From the NCBI GenBank assembly GCA_963695895.1, contig CAVOIK010000033.1:28426-92425 (forward strand): a DNA stretch of 64,000 bases, written 5' to 3'. Positions within the stretch are counted from its first letter, which is position 1. Each line of letters starts with the position of its first letter. Below the pieces are notes generated by a model. That model worked only from the letters and a program-made list of their open reading frames with translations. It searched no databases and had not been told where the DNA came from. The position numbers and the translations under genes are program-made. This DNA comes from an uncultured delta proteobacterium. GTDB taxonomy: Bacteria; Desulfobacterota; BSN033; UBA1163. This document shows, one piece after another, positions 27,051 to 38,300 of the stretch.

Positions 27051-28748
27051 TTGAAAACGGGCCAGTTGCGAAGACTGGAACACGTTTACCGAAGGAGAAT
27101 TCCGCCTGAGAAGGTCATTACCTCTGAACTGGCCCGTCTTCTCAGTGACCTCTCGAGAGAAATCCGGCGTCAAATCGGTATTCTGGTTGAACGACGAGGA
27201 ACCATCGCTCTCGTGATCGTAGGTGACCAAAAGGGACTCACCATTCCTGAGCTCTCCAGAGATCGAACCGGCATCTTGAGACTCAGAGGACTACGTCTCA
27301 TCCACACTCATCTTCAGGGAGAGCCTTTGAATGAAGAGGATCTCACAGATCTTGCCCTTCTGCGGTTGGATGTGATGGTCGCCCTTTCAGTTGGGGAAAA
27401 CGACGTTCCTGGAAACGTGTACTCTGCTCATCTCCTTCCGGACAACCGTGAGAAGAAGGTGTGGGAGATTGACCCCACCTCGACCTTAACCCAGTTATTG
27501 GAGCTCGATTTTTACAGCTGGATTGAGGCTCTCGAAGATGAATTTCAAAGAGGACAGAGGGCCATTGCTTTAAAAGGGGCAGAGGAAAGGGCGATCCTTC
27601 TCAGTGTGAGTCGAGAAAGTCGGACGGTCCTTGAAGATTCGATAGAAGAGCTAAAAGAATTGGCAGAGACCAGCGGGGTTCAGGTGGTGGATGCGATGAT
27701 CCAACGACCTCGATCTCTTTCTCCTGCCACCCTGCTGGGCGAGGGCAAGTTGAAAGAGTTGCTCGTCACGTGCCTGCAATTGGGAGTCGATCTCATCATC
27801 TTTGATCAAAATCTGACGCCCGGACAGATTGCCTCGATTTCGGATCGGACTGAACTGAGAGTGATCGATCGGACCCAACTCATTCTGGACATCTTCGCGC
27901 GGCGTGCCCACACCCGGGAGGGCAAGATCCAGGTGGAACTGGCTCAGCTGAAGTACTTGCTCCCCCGATTGGCGAAGAAGACGCTCGCTTTCTCTCGGCT
28001 GACGGGAGGCATTGGAGGCCGGGGGCCCGGCGAAACCAAGCTTGAAATCGACCGGCGACGTGCGAGAGAGCGGATTCACCTCTTGGAAAAAGAATTGGAC
28101 AAGTTGAGCCGAACGAGGGAACAGAGGAGGGCTCGACGATCGAAATCAGAACTTCCGGTTCTGTCCATCGTAGGATATACCAACGCCGGAAAGACGACGC
28201 TGTTCAATCTTCTCACTCAGAGCCAGTCCCATGTGGAGGACAAACTGTTTGCGACCTTAGATCCGGCGACGCGAAGATGGCGCTTCCCTGGAAATCATGA
28301 AGTGGTCATTACCGACACCGTGGGACTCATTAAGAACCTGCCCAAGGATCTGATCGTTGCGTTCCGTCCCACCTTCGATGAGTTGCAGGAATCCAACTTG
28401 CTGATCCACCTGGTGGATATCAGCAACCCGTTCTTCGAAGCGCATATTCAGGATGCAGAAAAGATCCTCTCTGAACTGGGGTTAGACCACATTCCAAGGC
28501 TCTTAGTCTTCAACAAGGAAGATCGACTAGATCCTGAGGCCGTGGAGGCCATCTGCAGGAGATACGATACCTTTTCGATTTCAGGTCACCGTCCCGAGAG
28601 TCTGAAGGGACTCCTCGTGGCCATTGAACAGAGGCTATGGAAAGGGACCCCGTCAACGACATGTCCCGTTGCATCGGGGGAACTCCTGGAAGAACGTTAT
28701 CACGATTCTCTGCGGAGAGTGGGAGGAGAACATGGTAGACCATTCTAA
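27051..28748 (+). CDS. hflX: GTPase HflX with N-terminal extension of about 170 aa
   Basis: HflX N-domain ([29 protein letters not shown]), G-domain ([22 protein letters not shown]). The start codon is uncertain (TTG at 27051). Confidence 0.85.
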   Translation: MKTGQLRRLEHVYRRRIPPEKVITSELARLLSDLSREIRRQIGILVERRGTIALVIVGDQKGLTIPELSRDRTGILRLRGLRLIHTHLQGEPLNEEDLTDLALLRLDVMVALSVGENDVPGNVYSAHLLPDNREKKVWEIDPTSTLTQLLELDFYSWIEALEDEFQRGQRAIALKGAEERAILLSVSRESRTVLEDSIEELKELAETSGVQVVDAMIQRPRSLSPATLLGEGKLKELLVTCLQLGVDLIIFDQNLTPGQIASISDRTELRVIDRTQLILDIFARRAHTREGKIQVELAQLKYLLPRLAKKTLAFSRLTGGIGGRGPGETKLEIDRRRARERIHLLEKELDKLSRTREQRRARRSKSELPVLSIVGYTNAGKTTLFNLLTQSQSHVEDKLFATLDPATRRWRFPGNHEVVITDTVGLIKNLPKDLIVAFRPTFDELQESNLLIHLVDISNPFFEAHIQDAEKILSELGLDHIPRLLVFNKEDRLDPEAVEAICRRYDTFSISGHRPESLKGLLVAIEQRLWKGTPSTTCPVASGELLEERYHDSLRRVGGEHGRPF

Positions 28749-30207
28749 AGACATTGTGGAATATTTGACCTTTGACGACGTCATGCTGGTGCCTGCTTAT
28801 TCGGCCGTGTTACCCAAGGACGTCGATACGAGTGCCCAGCTTACCCGAGCGATTCGGTTAAACATTCCTTTGGTCAGCGCGGCAATGGATACGGTGACCG
28901 AGTCGAGGACAGCCATCTGCATGGCTCAAGAGGGAGGGATTGGGGTGGTCCATCGCAATCTGTCCGTTGAGCGTCAAACCCTCGAGATCGATAAGGTGAA
29001 GAAATCGGAGAGTGGAATGATTCTCGATCCCATCACCATGCATCCTGACCAAAAGATCTACGAGGCCATGGAGGTGATGAAAAAATATCGAATCTCTGGG
29101 GTCCCGATTACAAAGGAAGGCAAGTTGGTGGGAATCCTGACGAACCGAGATCTCAGGTTTGAGAGGAGATTGGATGAAAAGATCTCGGTGGTGATGACCA
29201 AGGATCGTCTCATCACCGTTCCTGTCGGAACCACCCTGGAGGCGGCTAAGGAGATCCTCCACAAGAATCGAATCGAAAAATTGCTCGTGGTCGATGAGCA
29301 CAACAACCTGAAGGGGCTGATTACCATCAAAGATATTGAGAAAATGAGAAAATATCCCAACTCCTGCAAAGATTCCTTTGGTCGCCTGCGAGTGGGAGCA
29401 GCGATTGGTCCTGGAAAGGATCGGGAAGCGAGAACGGAAGCTTTGGTCCAGGCGGGGGCGGACGTTCTTGTCGTGGACACAGCCCATGGCCACTCGCAAG
29501 ACGTCCTGGAAGCGATCCGAGACACAAAGAAGAATTTTCCAAACATTCAAGTCATTGGAGGAAATGTAGCGACCCAGGAGGGAGCCTTGAGTCTTGTAGA
29601 GGCGGGAGTGGACGGGATCAAAGTGGGTGTTGGGCCTGGTTCCATCTGTACGACACGGGTCATCGCTGGAGTGGGCATCCCCCAGCTTTCTGCGATCATG
29701 CAGGCTTCCGAGGTCTCCAAGCGCTATGACGTGCCGATCATTGCCGACGGTGGGATCAAGTTTTCTGGAGACATCACAAAGGCTATTGGTGCAGGGGCTC
29801 ATTCAGTGATGATTGGTAATTTATTTGCCGGAACGGATGAGAGTCCTGGTGAAATTGTGCTCTATCAGGGACGAAGCTACAAAGTCTACAGAGGTATGGG
29901 ATCGTTGGAAGCCATGAAAGAAAATGAGGGGAGCCGGAGCCGTTATTTTCAGGAAGATGTGGAGAGTGAATCGAAACTTGTTCCCGAGGGGATTGAAGGA
30001 AGGGTTCCGTACAGAGGAGTACTTTCCTATTGTATTCAGCAACTTATAGGTGGTTTGAAGGCTGGAATGGGCTATGTTGGGGCAGGGGATATCGCGGAGC
30101 TGAGGCAGAAGACGAGGTTTATTCGCATCACAAGTTCGGGGCTACGGGAGAGCCATGTCCATGATGTAATCATCACCAAGGAAGCTCCAAACTACCGTCT
30201 GGAATGA
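28732..30207 (+). CDS. guaB: IMP dehydrogenase
   Basis: [13 protein letters not shown], a CBS pair, [15 protein letters not shown] (catalytic Cys), [11 protein letters not shown] at 28732 has GGGAGGAG upstream. Confidence 0.95.
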   Translation: MVDHSKDIVEYLTFDDVMLVPAYSAVLPKDVDTSAQLTRAIRLNIPLVSAAMDTVTESRTAICMAQEGGIGVVHRNLSVERQTLEIDKVKKSESGMILDPITMHPDQKIYEAMEVMKKYRISGVPITKEGKLVGILTNRDLRFERRLDEKISVVMTKDRLITVPVGTTLEAAKEILHKNRIEKLLVVDEHNNLKGLITIKDIEKMRKYPNSCKDSFGRLRVGAAIGPGKDREARTEALVQAGADVLVVDTAHGHSQDVLEAIRDTKKNFPNIQVIGGNVATQEGALSLVEAGVDGIKVGVGPGSICTTRVIAGVGIPQLSAIMQASEVSKRYDVPIIADGGIKFSGDITKAIGAGAHSVMIGNLFAGTDESPGEIVLYQGRSYKVYRGMGSLEAMKENEGSRSRYFQEDVESESKLVPEGIEGRVPYRGVLSYCIQQLIGGLKAGMGYVGAGDIAELRQKTRFIRITSSGLRESHVHDVIITKEAPNYRLE

Positions 30208-30218
30208 AAGCAACGCTG

Positions 30219-30234
30219 TGGCACAAAAATTGCA
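30219..30234 (+). promoter_or_regulatory. sigma-54 (-24/-12) promoter, exact consensus
   Basis: TGGCAC-aaaaa-TTGCA, 50 nt upstream of the ATG at 30285. Confidence 0.65.
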
Positions 30235-30284
30235 GAAATAACAAGGAGATAGGTGCTTAAATCCCTATCCCTGGATCAACCAAG

Positions 30285-32237
30285 ATGAAGAAGCCGATTA
30301 TCATCCTTCTCCTTCTCCTTTTCTCAATGGTCTATTTTATGGGTCTTCTCACTCAAAAGCCCCCGTTACCCTTCTCAAAGGACTTCTTCTCCGTAGAGAC
30401 TCCACCTTCTGATGACCGGCCCCTTGATCTGAAGACCGTTTGGCCAGTGCGTGGAAAGAATGGTGAGGGGAATGAATTTCTACTCAGCACTCAGGAACTT
30501 GATAAGATTTATGAACTACAGTTGGACCGAGGAATCAGGAATTACCCACTCCTTTCCTCCGTGCTCGTCCGTGAAGCAGAGCGAGCGAGGGAAAAAGGAA
30601 AGATTGACCGGGCTGTCGAGTTTGCGAGTTACGCTGTAAAGTTTGCTCCCGAGCTTTCTCAACCCTATTTCGAGCTTGCAAAAGTCCGGTGGAGTCAGAA
30701 CCCTCTCAAGCCTTACGAAGCGATCTCCAGTTTCTTGAAGGGGATCTCTGCCTATTTTCGCTACTATCCGAGCGCTCTCCATTTCTTTTACGGTCTCTTC
30801 TACCTTGTTTCCAACGCCATGCTTATGACTTTCATCGTCTTTGGAATTGTAGTTCTCATCAAATATCTCCCGCTTTATTTTTACGACATTCAGAAAAGCT
30901 TGACTCAGGAGATTGGGAAACTGCTCATCAACAGTTTCAAAATCCTATTTCTTTTCATCCCATTCTTCCTCCGTCTGGACATGTTATGGGCCTTGCTGTT
31001 TTGGTCTATTTTGCTCTGGGGGTACATTTCAAGCAAGGAAAGGCAGTGGGTTATCTTTTTTCTCGTGGTGTTGATTTATCTACCGTTTTTTCTCCGTTCC
31101 TCGGCGACCTTCTTGAACGGGTCTTCTTCGGATATCATCCTTGAAATGCACCGAGCAAACCACGAGGATTGGGATCGGGACCTGGAGCAGAGGCTCCAGG
31201 CATGGCTGGTCACTCAGCCCGAAGATCCGGATACCCTTTTTACCCTGGGTCTCATTGAGAAGAGAAGGGGCAACTCTGCCCAAGCGGAAAAATGGTATCA
31301 GCGTGCCATTGCCCAGAGTCCTCAATTTAGCGAAGCTTACTCTAATCTTGGGAATGTCTACCTCGCGGGGAAAGAAACGAAAGCAGCGCTCACCTCCTAT
31401 CAGAAGGCTGTCGATTTGGATCCGATGAAAGCGGCCTACCACTACAATCTTTCCCGAGCCTATACGGAAGAAGCCTTCTTATCGGGGAAAAAGGACCAGG
31501 CTTTTCAGAGGGCAAGGCAGTTAGATCCGCAACTCATCGATTATTACGTGGCCATCGACACCTTCCACGGAACTCCCCACATCAACCGTTTCGTCATCGA
31601 TGAGGCCCTGAGTTCTGAGAGACTCTGGGAAAGATTTCTGACCCATTTCGTCGGAAAGGAAGGGTGGATGTTTCGGTTGTTTCATGCATGGTTCGAAAAG
31701 ATTCCTTCCAGGCTCTCATTTCTTGCCCCCGTCCTTTTCCTTCTGTTTCTCATCGGAATGTCTCGCTACAGCCGGGCCAAACGGTTCTTAACGCGATGTC
31801 CCATGTGTGGAAGCCCGACACACCGGTTCTATCTGGGGGCGTCAGATCATGAATTCATTTGTTTCAACTGTTACCGGATCTTCGTGCAGAAAGAGAAGCT
31901 CCACCCCAAAATTGTAGAGAAGAAGTCGCTCCAGGTGCGTGAATTTCAAAAGCAGAACCATCGCATCAGTCGTTTCGTCTCTTTCTTCTTTGTGGGTTTT
32001 GCTTACCTCTGGAGAGAATCCTTCTTTCGAGGTCTGTTGTTTCTCTTTGTGTTTTTTGTTTTTGTCTTGAGATTCATCTACTGGAACGGTATCCTCCCTC
32101 TGCGGAGCACACCCACCTCTCAAGGCATCTGGAGTCTTCTCCTCTGGGGAGGGGGCTTTATCATTTTCTATTTGCTGGTGCTCCGGCAGACGTTTCGAAT
32201 GAAGTTGCAACTGGGAAGAGAGTCTGCAGGGGAGTGA
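30285..32237 (+). CDS. polytopic membrane protein with TPR repeats and a zinc-ribbon-like CxxC...CxxC segment
   Basis: 650 aa with several TM stretches, TPR block (AEKWYQRAIAQSPQFSEAYSNLGNVYLAGKE...) and CPMCGSPTHRF...CFNCYRIF. Confidence 0.6.
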   Translation: MKKPIIILLLLLFSMVYFMGLLTQKPPLPFSKDFFSVETPPSDDRPLDLKTVWPVRGKNGEGNEFLLSTQELDKIYELQLDRGIRNYPLLSSVLVREAERAREKGKIDRAVEFASYAVKFAPELSQPYFELAKVRWSQNPLKPYEAISSFLKGISAYFRYYPSALHFFYGLFYLVSNAMLMTFIVFGIVVLIKYLPLYFYDIQKSLTQEIGKLLINSFKILFLFIPFFLRLDMLWALLFWSILLWGYISSKERQWVIFFLVVLIYLPFFLRSSATFLNGSSSDIILEMHRANHEDWDRDLEQRLQAWLVTQPEDPDTLFTLGLIEKRRGNSAQAEKWYQRAIAQSPQFSEAYSNLGNVYLAGKETKAALTSYQKAVDLDPMKAAYHYNLSRAYTEEAFLSGKKDQAFQRARQLDPQLIDYYVAIDTFHGTPHINRFVIDEALSSERLWERFLTHFVGKEGWMFRLFHAWFEKIPSRLSFLAPVLFLLFLIGMSRYSRAKRFLTRCPMCGSPTHRFYLGASDHEFICFNCYRIFVQKEKLHPKIVEKKSLQVREFQKQNHRISRFVSFFFVGFAYLWRESFFRGLLFLFVFFVFVLRFIYWNGILPLRSTPTSQGIWSLLLWGGGFIIFYLLVLRQTFRMKLQLGRESAGE

Positions 32238-32303
32238 AGCTCCCCGCCCATCCCGTTAAGACGGGACAGGCACGGCTGGGGCATCCAGCCGACTTGCCCG
32301 TGA
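32234..32303 (-). repeat. internally deleted subtype-A repeat, inverted copy A10
   Basis: GTGAAGCTCCCCGCCCatCCCGTTAAGACGGGacaggcacGGCTGGGGC is joined directly to ATCCAGCCGACTTGCCCGTGA. The linker and inner half of hairpin 1 are missing. The TGA stop of the upstream gene (32235..32237) lies in the repeat terminus. Confidence 0.85.
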
Positions 32304-32322
32304 GGGGAAGAAGGGACCATCG

Positions 32323-33435
32323 ATGGCCTTACAGGGAACCTTAAAGGATTTCAGCATCACTGAGATCATTCAGCTCATCGGACAACAGCTCAAGACGGGT
32401 GTTCTGAGGATTCGACGAGGCAAGAAGATCGTTGAGATCTACTTCGTGGACGGCATGATCGTCCATGTTTATTCTAACTATCGGGGCAAGCAAGACCTGA
32501 TTGGTGAAATTCTCGTGAAGGCAAAGCTCATTAGCGATGAGCAATTGGACCGCGTCCTAAGGATTCAGAAAGGCACCCTCAAATATGTGGGGGAGATTCT
32601 GGTGGAACTCCAACTCTTGAGCAAAGAGGATGTGTTGAAGGTGATCACCACACAGGTCTATGAAACGATCTACGACCTGTTTTGGTGGGAAGATGGGATC
32701 TTTAATTTTGATCTCAAGCTGGTGGAGAGCTACAAAAAAATTCCATTTGCCCTGAGCACGGAGCAGGTTCTTCTCAACATCCTGCGGATGGTCGATGAGG
32801 GATCGGAGATTGAGAAGAAGATCCATTCTCCGCACCTGGTATTCCAGAAAGCTCTCGACCCAGACAGAAAGTCCGCCGGATCCCTCACTTCTCCCAGTTA
32901 CCTTAAGGAGAAGCTCGGCTCGGAACAAGACCTCGTCTACCAGCTAGTCGATGGGACGCGGACCGTCGAAGAGATCATCGATCGAAGCCTTCTCGGGCGG
33001 TTCAACACGAGCGAAATCTTGAACGGACTATTGGAGATGGGGCTCATTGAGGTCCTAGGAGTCCACACCCCAGGTCTAGTGAAGAAGGCGAGCAAGATCA
33101 ACCCTCGAGAGATGCTGGGTTACGTCTCCTACGGCGGACTCGTTCTTTTTCTGATCTTGGTGTTCATTTATTTCAAACCAGGATTTCTTCATCAAGTTCG
33201 AGATTCGAGAATCGCATCGGTCAACATCGAGATTCCGACAAACTTAGCTCACCGGACACAGCTCCAGCGCTTGAAAAATGCCCTCGAAATCTATTATCTT
33301 GAAAGAGGACAGTACCCGGGCCACCTTGAAGAGCTCGTTTCGGCGAACTTGCTGAGGGAAGAGGATCTCTTCTACCGCAAAGGAATTTCCTTCCAATACG
33401 AGCGTAAAGATGGTAAATATATCCTCAAACGCTGA
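32323..33435 (+). CDS. DUF4388 (PatA-N-like) domain protein with C-terminal TM segment and pseudopilin-G-like tail
   Basis: [43 protein letters not shown] is the DUF4388 signature. C-terminal [20 protein letters not shown] resembles the T2SS-G C-terminal motif. Confidence 0.65.
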   Translation: MALQGTLKDFSITEIIQLIGQQLKTGVLRIRRGKKIVEIYFVDGMIVHVYSNYRGKQDLIGEILVKAKLISDEQLDRVLRIQKGTLKYVGEILVELQLLSKEDVLKVITTQVYETIYDLFWWEDGIFNFDLKLVESYKKIPFALSTEQVLLNILRMVDEGSEIEKKIHSPHLVFQKALDPDRKSAGSLTSPSYLKEKLGSEQDLVYQLVDGTRTVEEIIDRSLLGRFNTSEILNGLLEMGLIEVLGVHTPGLVKKASKINPREMLGYVSYGGLVLFLILVFIYFKPGFLHQVRDSRIASVNIEIPTNLAHRTQLQRLKNALEIYYLERGQYPGHLEELVSANLLREEDLFYRKGISFQYERKDGKYILKR

Positions 33436-33520
33436 TCTCTAAAGAGAGTTTTCCATTACTTCACTCTCAACCCCAGAACTCAATCGAAAGCGAGACCTTT
33501 ATGGAGAGGCAGATGTCTTT

Positions 33521-33668
33521 TGACCGGAGCGTGCCCCGCAAGCCCCGCACTGTGGGCGGGGGTCCCTGCCTGCCGGCAGGCAGGAAGGGGCACAATATCA
33601 AAGAACAAGTCATTGCCGGGAAGCTCCGCGCTGTGCCTGCCTGCGGTAGGCAGGCGCGGGAGGTTCAC
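33521..33668 (+). repeat. two-hairpin intergenic repeat, subtype B, copy B11 (CCTGCC/GGCAGG module in both hairpins)
   Basis: TGACCGGAGCGTGCCCC...CCTGCCTGCCGGCAGGCAGG..GGGGCACAATATCAAAGAACAAGTCATTGCCGGGAAGCTCCGCGctgtgCCTGCCTGCGGTAGGCAGGCGCGGGAGGTTCAC. Confidence 0.9.
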
Positions 33669-35204
33669 AAGATTCTCATCCTCGATTTCGGCTCCCAATA
33701 TACCCAGTTGATTGCGAGACGGGTCAGGGAGTGTGAAATCTACAGCGAGATTCATCCCTACTCGATGACCGTGGAGGAGGTGAAGGCTTTTAACCCCAAG
33801 GGAATCCTTTTGTCCGGAGGCCCCGCCAGCGTTTACCAGAGGAAAGCTCCCCATTGTGATTCCGCGATCCTGAACTTGGGAATTCCGATTTTAGGGATTT
33901 GTTACGGGATGCAGCTGATGGGTCACCTCCTCGGAGGAGAGGTGATTCGAGGGAAGAGACGGGAGTACGGGATGGCGACCCTGACTCTGACTCGAAGTGG
34001 AAAACTATTCAAAGGGGTCGGGCAAAAGGGAAGCCGAGTGAAGGTGTGGATGAGTCATGGAGACCACGTGCGCAAGTTGCCACCAGGGTTTTGTGGCCTT
34101 GCCGAATCTCCGAACACCCCTTACACAGCGATCGAAGACGAACGCAGAAAAATCTATGGACTCCAGTTTCATCCTGAAGTCGTCCACACTCCTCAGGGGC
34201 TCACGATCCTCAGAAATTTTCTTTTCAACATTTGCGGGTGCAAGCGGACATGGACGGTGCGATCGTTTCTCGACCAGACCGCGTCCGATCTGAAGAAACA
34301 GATCGGATCGGGTAAAGTCCTATGTGCTCTCAGTGGGGGTGTCGACTCCTCTGTGGTGGCCCTGCTTCTCCATCGCGTCATTGGCAACCGTCTGAAGTGC
34401 ATCTTTGTGAACAACGGAGTACTGCGAAGGAACGAGGCGACCCAGGTGGTGAATTTGTTCCGCCATTATTTTAAAATATCGCTGACGGTTGTCGATGCAG
34501 AAGAACACTTTCTGAAGAAGTTGAAAGGAATTACAGACCCCGAAGCCAAACGAAAGATCATTGGTCGAGAATTTATTAACATCTTTGAAAGAGAGGCCAA
34601 GAAAATCGGCGGAGTGGAATATCTGGCTCAGGGGACCCTGTACCCTGACGTGATTGAGAGCGTTTCTGCCAAGGGACCTTCGGCGACCATCAAGAGCCAT
34701 CACAACGTTGGGGGATTGCCTGAGAAGATGAGATTGAAGTTAGTGGAACCCCTTCGGGAACTATTCAAAGATGAAGTGAGAAAATTGGGAAAGGTTCTGA
34801 GATTGCCTGATGAAATGGTTAAACGACAACCCTTTCCCGGACCCGGCCTCGCCATTCGTGTCCTTGGAGAAGTGAACAAAGAGCGGCTGGAGATTTTAAG
34901 ATCAGCCGATGAGATCGTCTTGGAGGAGATGGCCCAGAGTGGATTTCTTGACGAGGTGTGGCAGTCCTTTGCTATCTTGCTGCCTGTGAAGACCGTGGGA
35001 GTCATGGGAGATGAGAGGAGCTATGAGAATGTGATCGCGCTGCGCGTCGTAGAGAGCCAGGACGGGATGACCGCAGACTGGGTCAAGCTCCCTTATGAGA
35101 TTCTTGGAACGATCTCGAGCCGAATCATGAACGAAGTCAAGGGGGTCAATCGGGTTGTTTATGATGTGAGCTCGAAACCTCCAAGTACCATCGAATGGGA
35201 ATAG
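33633..35204 (+). CDS. guaA: GMP synthase (glutamine-hydrolysing)
   Basis: [38 protein letters not shown], and C-terminal PPSTIEWE. There is no ATG, GTG or TTG between the repeat end (33668) and the conserved ILILDFG. The nearest in-frame start is the GTG at 33633, inside repeat B11. The track ORF starts at 33501. Confidence 0.85.
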   Translation: MPACGRQAREVHKILILDFGSQYTQLIARRVRECEIYSEIHPYSMTVEEVKAFNPKGILLSGGPASVYQRKAPHCDSAILNLGIPILGICYGMQLMGHLLGGEVIRGKRREYGMATLTLTRSGKLFKGVGQKGSRVKVWMSHGDHVRKLPPGFCGLAESPNTPYTAIEDERRKIYGLQFHPEVVHTPQGLTILRNFLFNICGCKRTWTVRSFLDQTASDLKKQIGSGKVLCALSGGVDSSVVALLLHRVIGNRLKCIFVNNGVLRRNEATQVVNLFRHYFKISLTVVDAEEHFLKKLKGITDPEAKRKIIGREFINIFEREAKKIGGVEYLAQGTLYPDVIESVSAKGPSATIKSHHNVGGLPEKMRLKLVEPLRELFKDEVRKLGKVLRLPDEMVKRQPFPGPGLAIRVLGEVNKERLEILRSADEIVLEEMAQSGFLDEVWQSFAILLPVKTVGVMGDERSYENVIALRVVESQDGMTADWVKLPYEILGTISSRIMNEVKGVNRVVYDVSSKPPSTIEWE

Positions 35205-35338
35205 AGAGAAGAAAGGATGGAGGTTCAAGGTGAGGTGAGGAAGCCAGTGGGGTTTGAGGACATGGGGTCACGGTCAAGATCTATTCAACCCGACGACCTG
35301 AACCCCGTAGCTCAACAGACATCCTTCTCCTAACCTGA

Positions 35339-38300
35339 ATGACCGATTCCAGGTTGACCATGATGCAGCATGCTGATTTTATCCATCTTCATGTCCATAG
35401 CCAATACAGCCTCCTGGATGGAGCCATCCGGTTTGACGAGATGTTGGAATTGGCCAGGCAATACCAGATGGGGGCCGTGGCTCTGACCGATCACGGGAAC
35501 ATGTTTGGCGTGGTCGAATTCTATCAGAAAGCCATTCAGCACGGCGTCAAGCCCATCGTGGGCTGTGAGGTCTATGTCGCTCCCGGAAGCCGGCTCGACA
35601 AGAAGAGCGGAATAGGAGAGGGCGCCTATCATTTGACTCTCCTCGCGATGAACCGGACGGGTTATTTCAATCTTCTCAGACTCGTGAGCCTCGCCTTTCT
35701 CGAAGGGTTTTATTACAAACCCAGGGTCGATAAGGACCTCCTGTCCCACTATCATGAGGGACTGATCGCTTTGAGCGGCTGCTTGAAGGGAGAAGTGGCA
35801 GTCCATGCGAGCAAAGGGGAGATGAAAAGAGCCCTTCAATCCGCAGAAGAATATGAAAGGATTTTCGATCATCAGCGTTACTTCGTTGAGATTCAAAACA
35901 ATGGCGTGGAAAACCAGGCGCTGCTAAATGAACGGTTGCTGGAGATTGCCCATGAACGTTCTCTCCCGCTGGTGGCGACCAACGACTGTCACTACCTTCA
36001 TCGGGAAGATTCTCCCGCTCATGAAGTTCTCCTCTGTATTCAGACGGGAAAAACACTCCAGGAAGCGGATCGGATGAAATTCTCCTCGGAAGAGTTTTAT
36101 TTCAAGTCCCCCCAGGAGATGCGAGAGCTGTTCCAGGACCATTCAGACGCCCTGGCCCACACGCTGGAGATTGCGGATCGCTGTAACCTGGATTTGAGAT
36201 TCGATGAAAAACATATCCCCCGCATTTCGGTCCCTCAGGGAGAGTCCCTCAATAGTACCCTGGACAAGCTTGCACGAGAGGGATTGGGACAACGGCTGCT
36301 CTCCCTGAGAGAGAAGAAGGATTTCGGCGGGAGAGAGCCGAAATACCGGGCCCGTCTGGAAGAGGAACTGACGGTCATCAAATCTATGGGATTTGCCGGG
36401 TATTTCCTTATTGTGGCTGATTTCATCCATTTTGCGAAGAGTCGGGGGATTCCGGTCGGACCCGGACGGGGATCCGCGGCGGGGAGCTTGGTAGCCTATA
36501 GTTTGAACATCACCGACCTCGATCCGATCGAATATGACCTGATCTTTGAACGATTTCTTAATCCTGGCCGAAAGAGCAGCATGCCGGATGTGGATGTCGA
36601 TTTCTGCATGGAGGGCAGGGACGACGTCATCCACTACGTCATGGATAAGTACGGAAAGGAGAACGTTGCCCAGATCATCACCTTCGGAAAGATGCAGGCT
36701 CGGGCCGTCATCCGCGATGTGGGGCGGGTCATGGGGATTCCCTATGCAGAGGTCGATCGGGTGGCTAAGTTGATTCCCGCCACCCTCAACATCACGCTGG
36801 AGCAAGCCTTGGAACAGGAACCGAGGTTAAGGGAGCTCATGGGCAAAGACCCCCGGATAGCCTCCCTCTTCAAGATCGCAAAATCTCTCGAGGGCTTGGC
36901 GCGCCATGCCTCCACTCATGCCGCTGGCGTCGTCATTGCGAACAAACCCCTCATGGAATACCTCCCCCTCTGCCGTGGACAAGATGGAGAGGTGATGACC
37001 CAGTACCCCATGAAGGATGTAGAGAAGATTGGCCTGGTCAAATTCGATTTTCTGGGGCTCAAGACGTTGACCGTGGTGAATAACGCCCTTCAGCTCATCG
37101 AAAAGCACCGCGGAGTAAAGATCGATCTTTCCCAGCTTCCATTGGACGATTCTGAGACGTTTGCTCTCTTGGGCGGCGCTGAAACCCTTGGCATCTTTCA
37201 GTTAGAGAGTTCCGGGATGAGGGATTTGCTCAGCAAGTTAAGGCCGGAGAGTTTTAGGGAAATCATTGCGTTGGTTGCCCTCTATCGGCCTGGCCCTCTG
37301 GGCAGCGGGATGGTCGAGGAGTTCATCAAACGAAAGCACGGGAAGGAATCGATTCGGTATGAGGTGAAAGAGCTCGAGGATATCCTCAGTGATACCTATG
37401 GAGTCATCGTCTACCAAGAACAGGTCATGCGTATTGCGAGTACCCTTTCAAATTTCAGTCTCGAGGATGCAGATATTCTTCGACGGGCCATGTCGAAAAA
37501 AGATCCAAGAGAGATGGAGATGCAGAAAGAAAAGTTTCTCGAGGGCGCCCGGAAGAATCGAATTCCTCGAAGCAAGGCAGAGAAAATCTTTGACCTCATG
37601 GCCAAATTCGCGGAATATGGATTTAACAAATCGCATAGCGCGGCTTATGCACTTCTCGCTTATGAGACCGCCTACCTCAAGGCCCATTATCCGATCGAGT
37701 TCATGGCAGCCTCTCTGACCAGTGAAGTCCAGAATCCAGACAAGATCGTCAAATACATTGCCGAGTGCCGAGACATGGGCATTGAGATCCTTCCTCCCGA
37801 CCTGAATGAGAGTCAGAAGAGCTTTGCCGTTGTGGGGAACCAGATTCGATTTGGACTGGCCGCAGTCAAGAATGTGGGGGATGCTGCGATCGACGCCATC
37901 TTGGCAGAAAGGGAAGGGCAGGGGAAATTTGGATCCCTCTCCGACTTCTGTCGTCGCGTGGACCTCCGGAAGGTGAATCGGAGGGTGATCGAAAGCCTAG
38001 TCAAGTGCGGCGCCTTCGACTTCTCAAAGGCCTATCGTTCCCAGATACTCTCTCGGTTGGATGAACTGCTCGAACGGTCTCAGTCGGATCAGAAGAAGAA
38101 GGGAGAACCTCAGCTGAGCATGTGGTCTACAGCCGATGCGCGTCAAGAGGATTCTTATCCCGACATCGAGGAATTTCCGGAGAAACAACTGATCGCCCTG
38201 GAAAAAGAGACGATGGGGTTTTATATTTCGAGGCACCCCTTGGCGAGACTTCAAGAAGACATCAAGAGAATCACGCATGAAGATACCTCTACGTTGGCTC

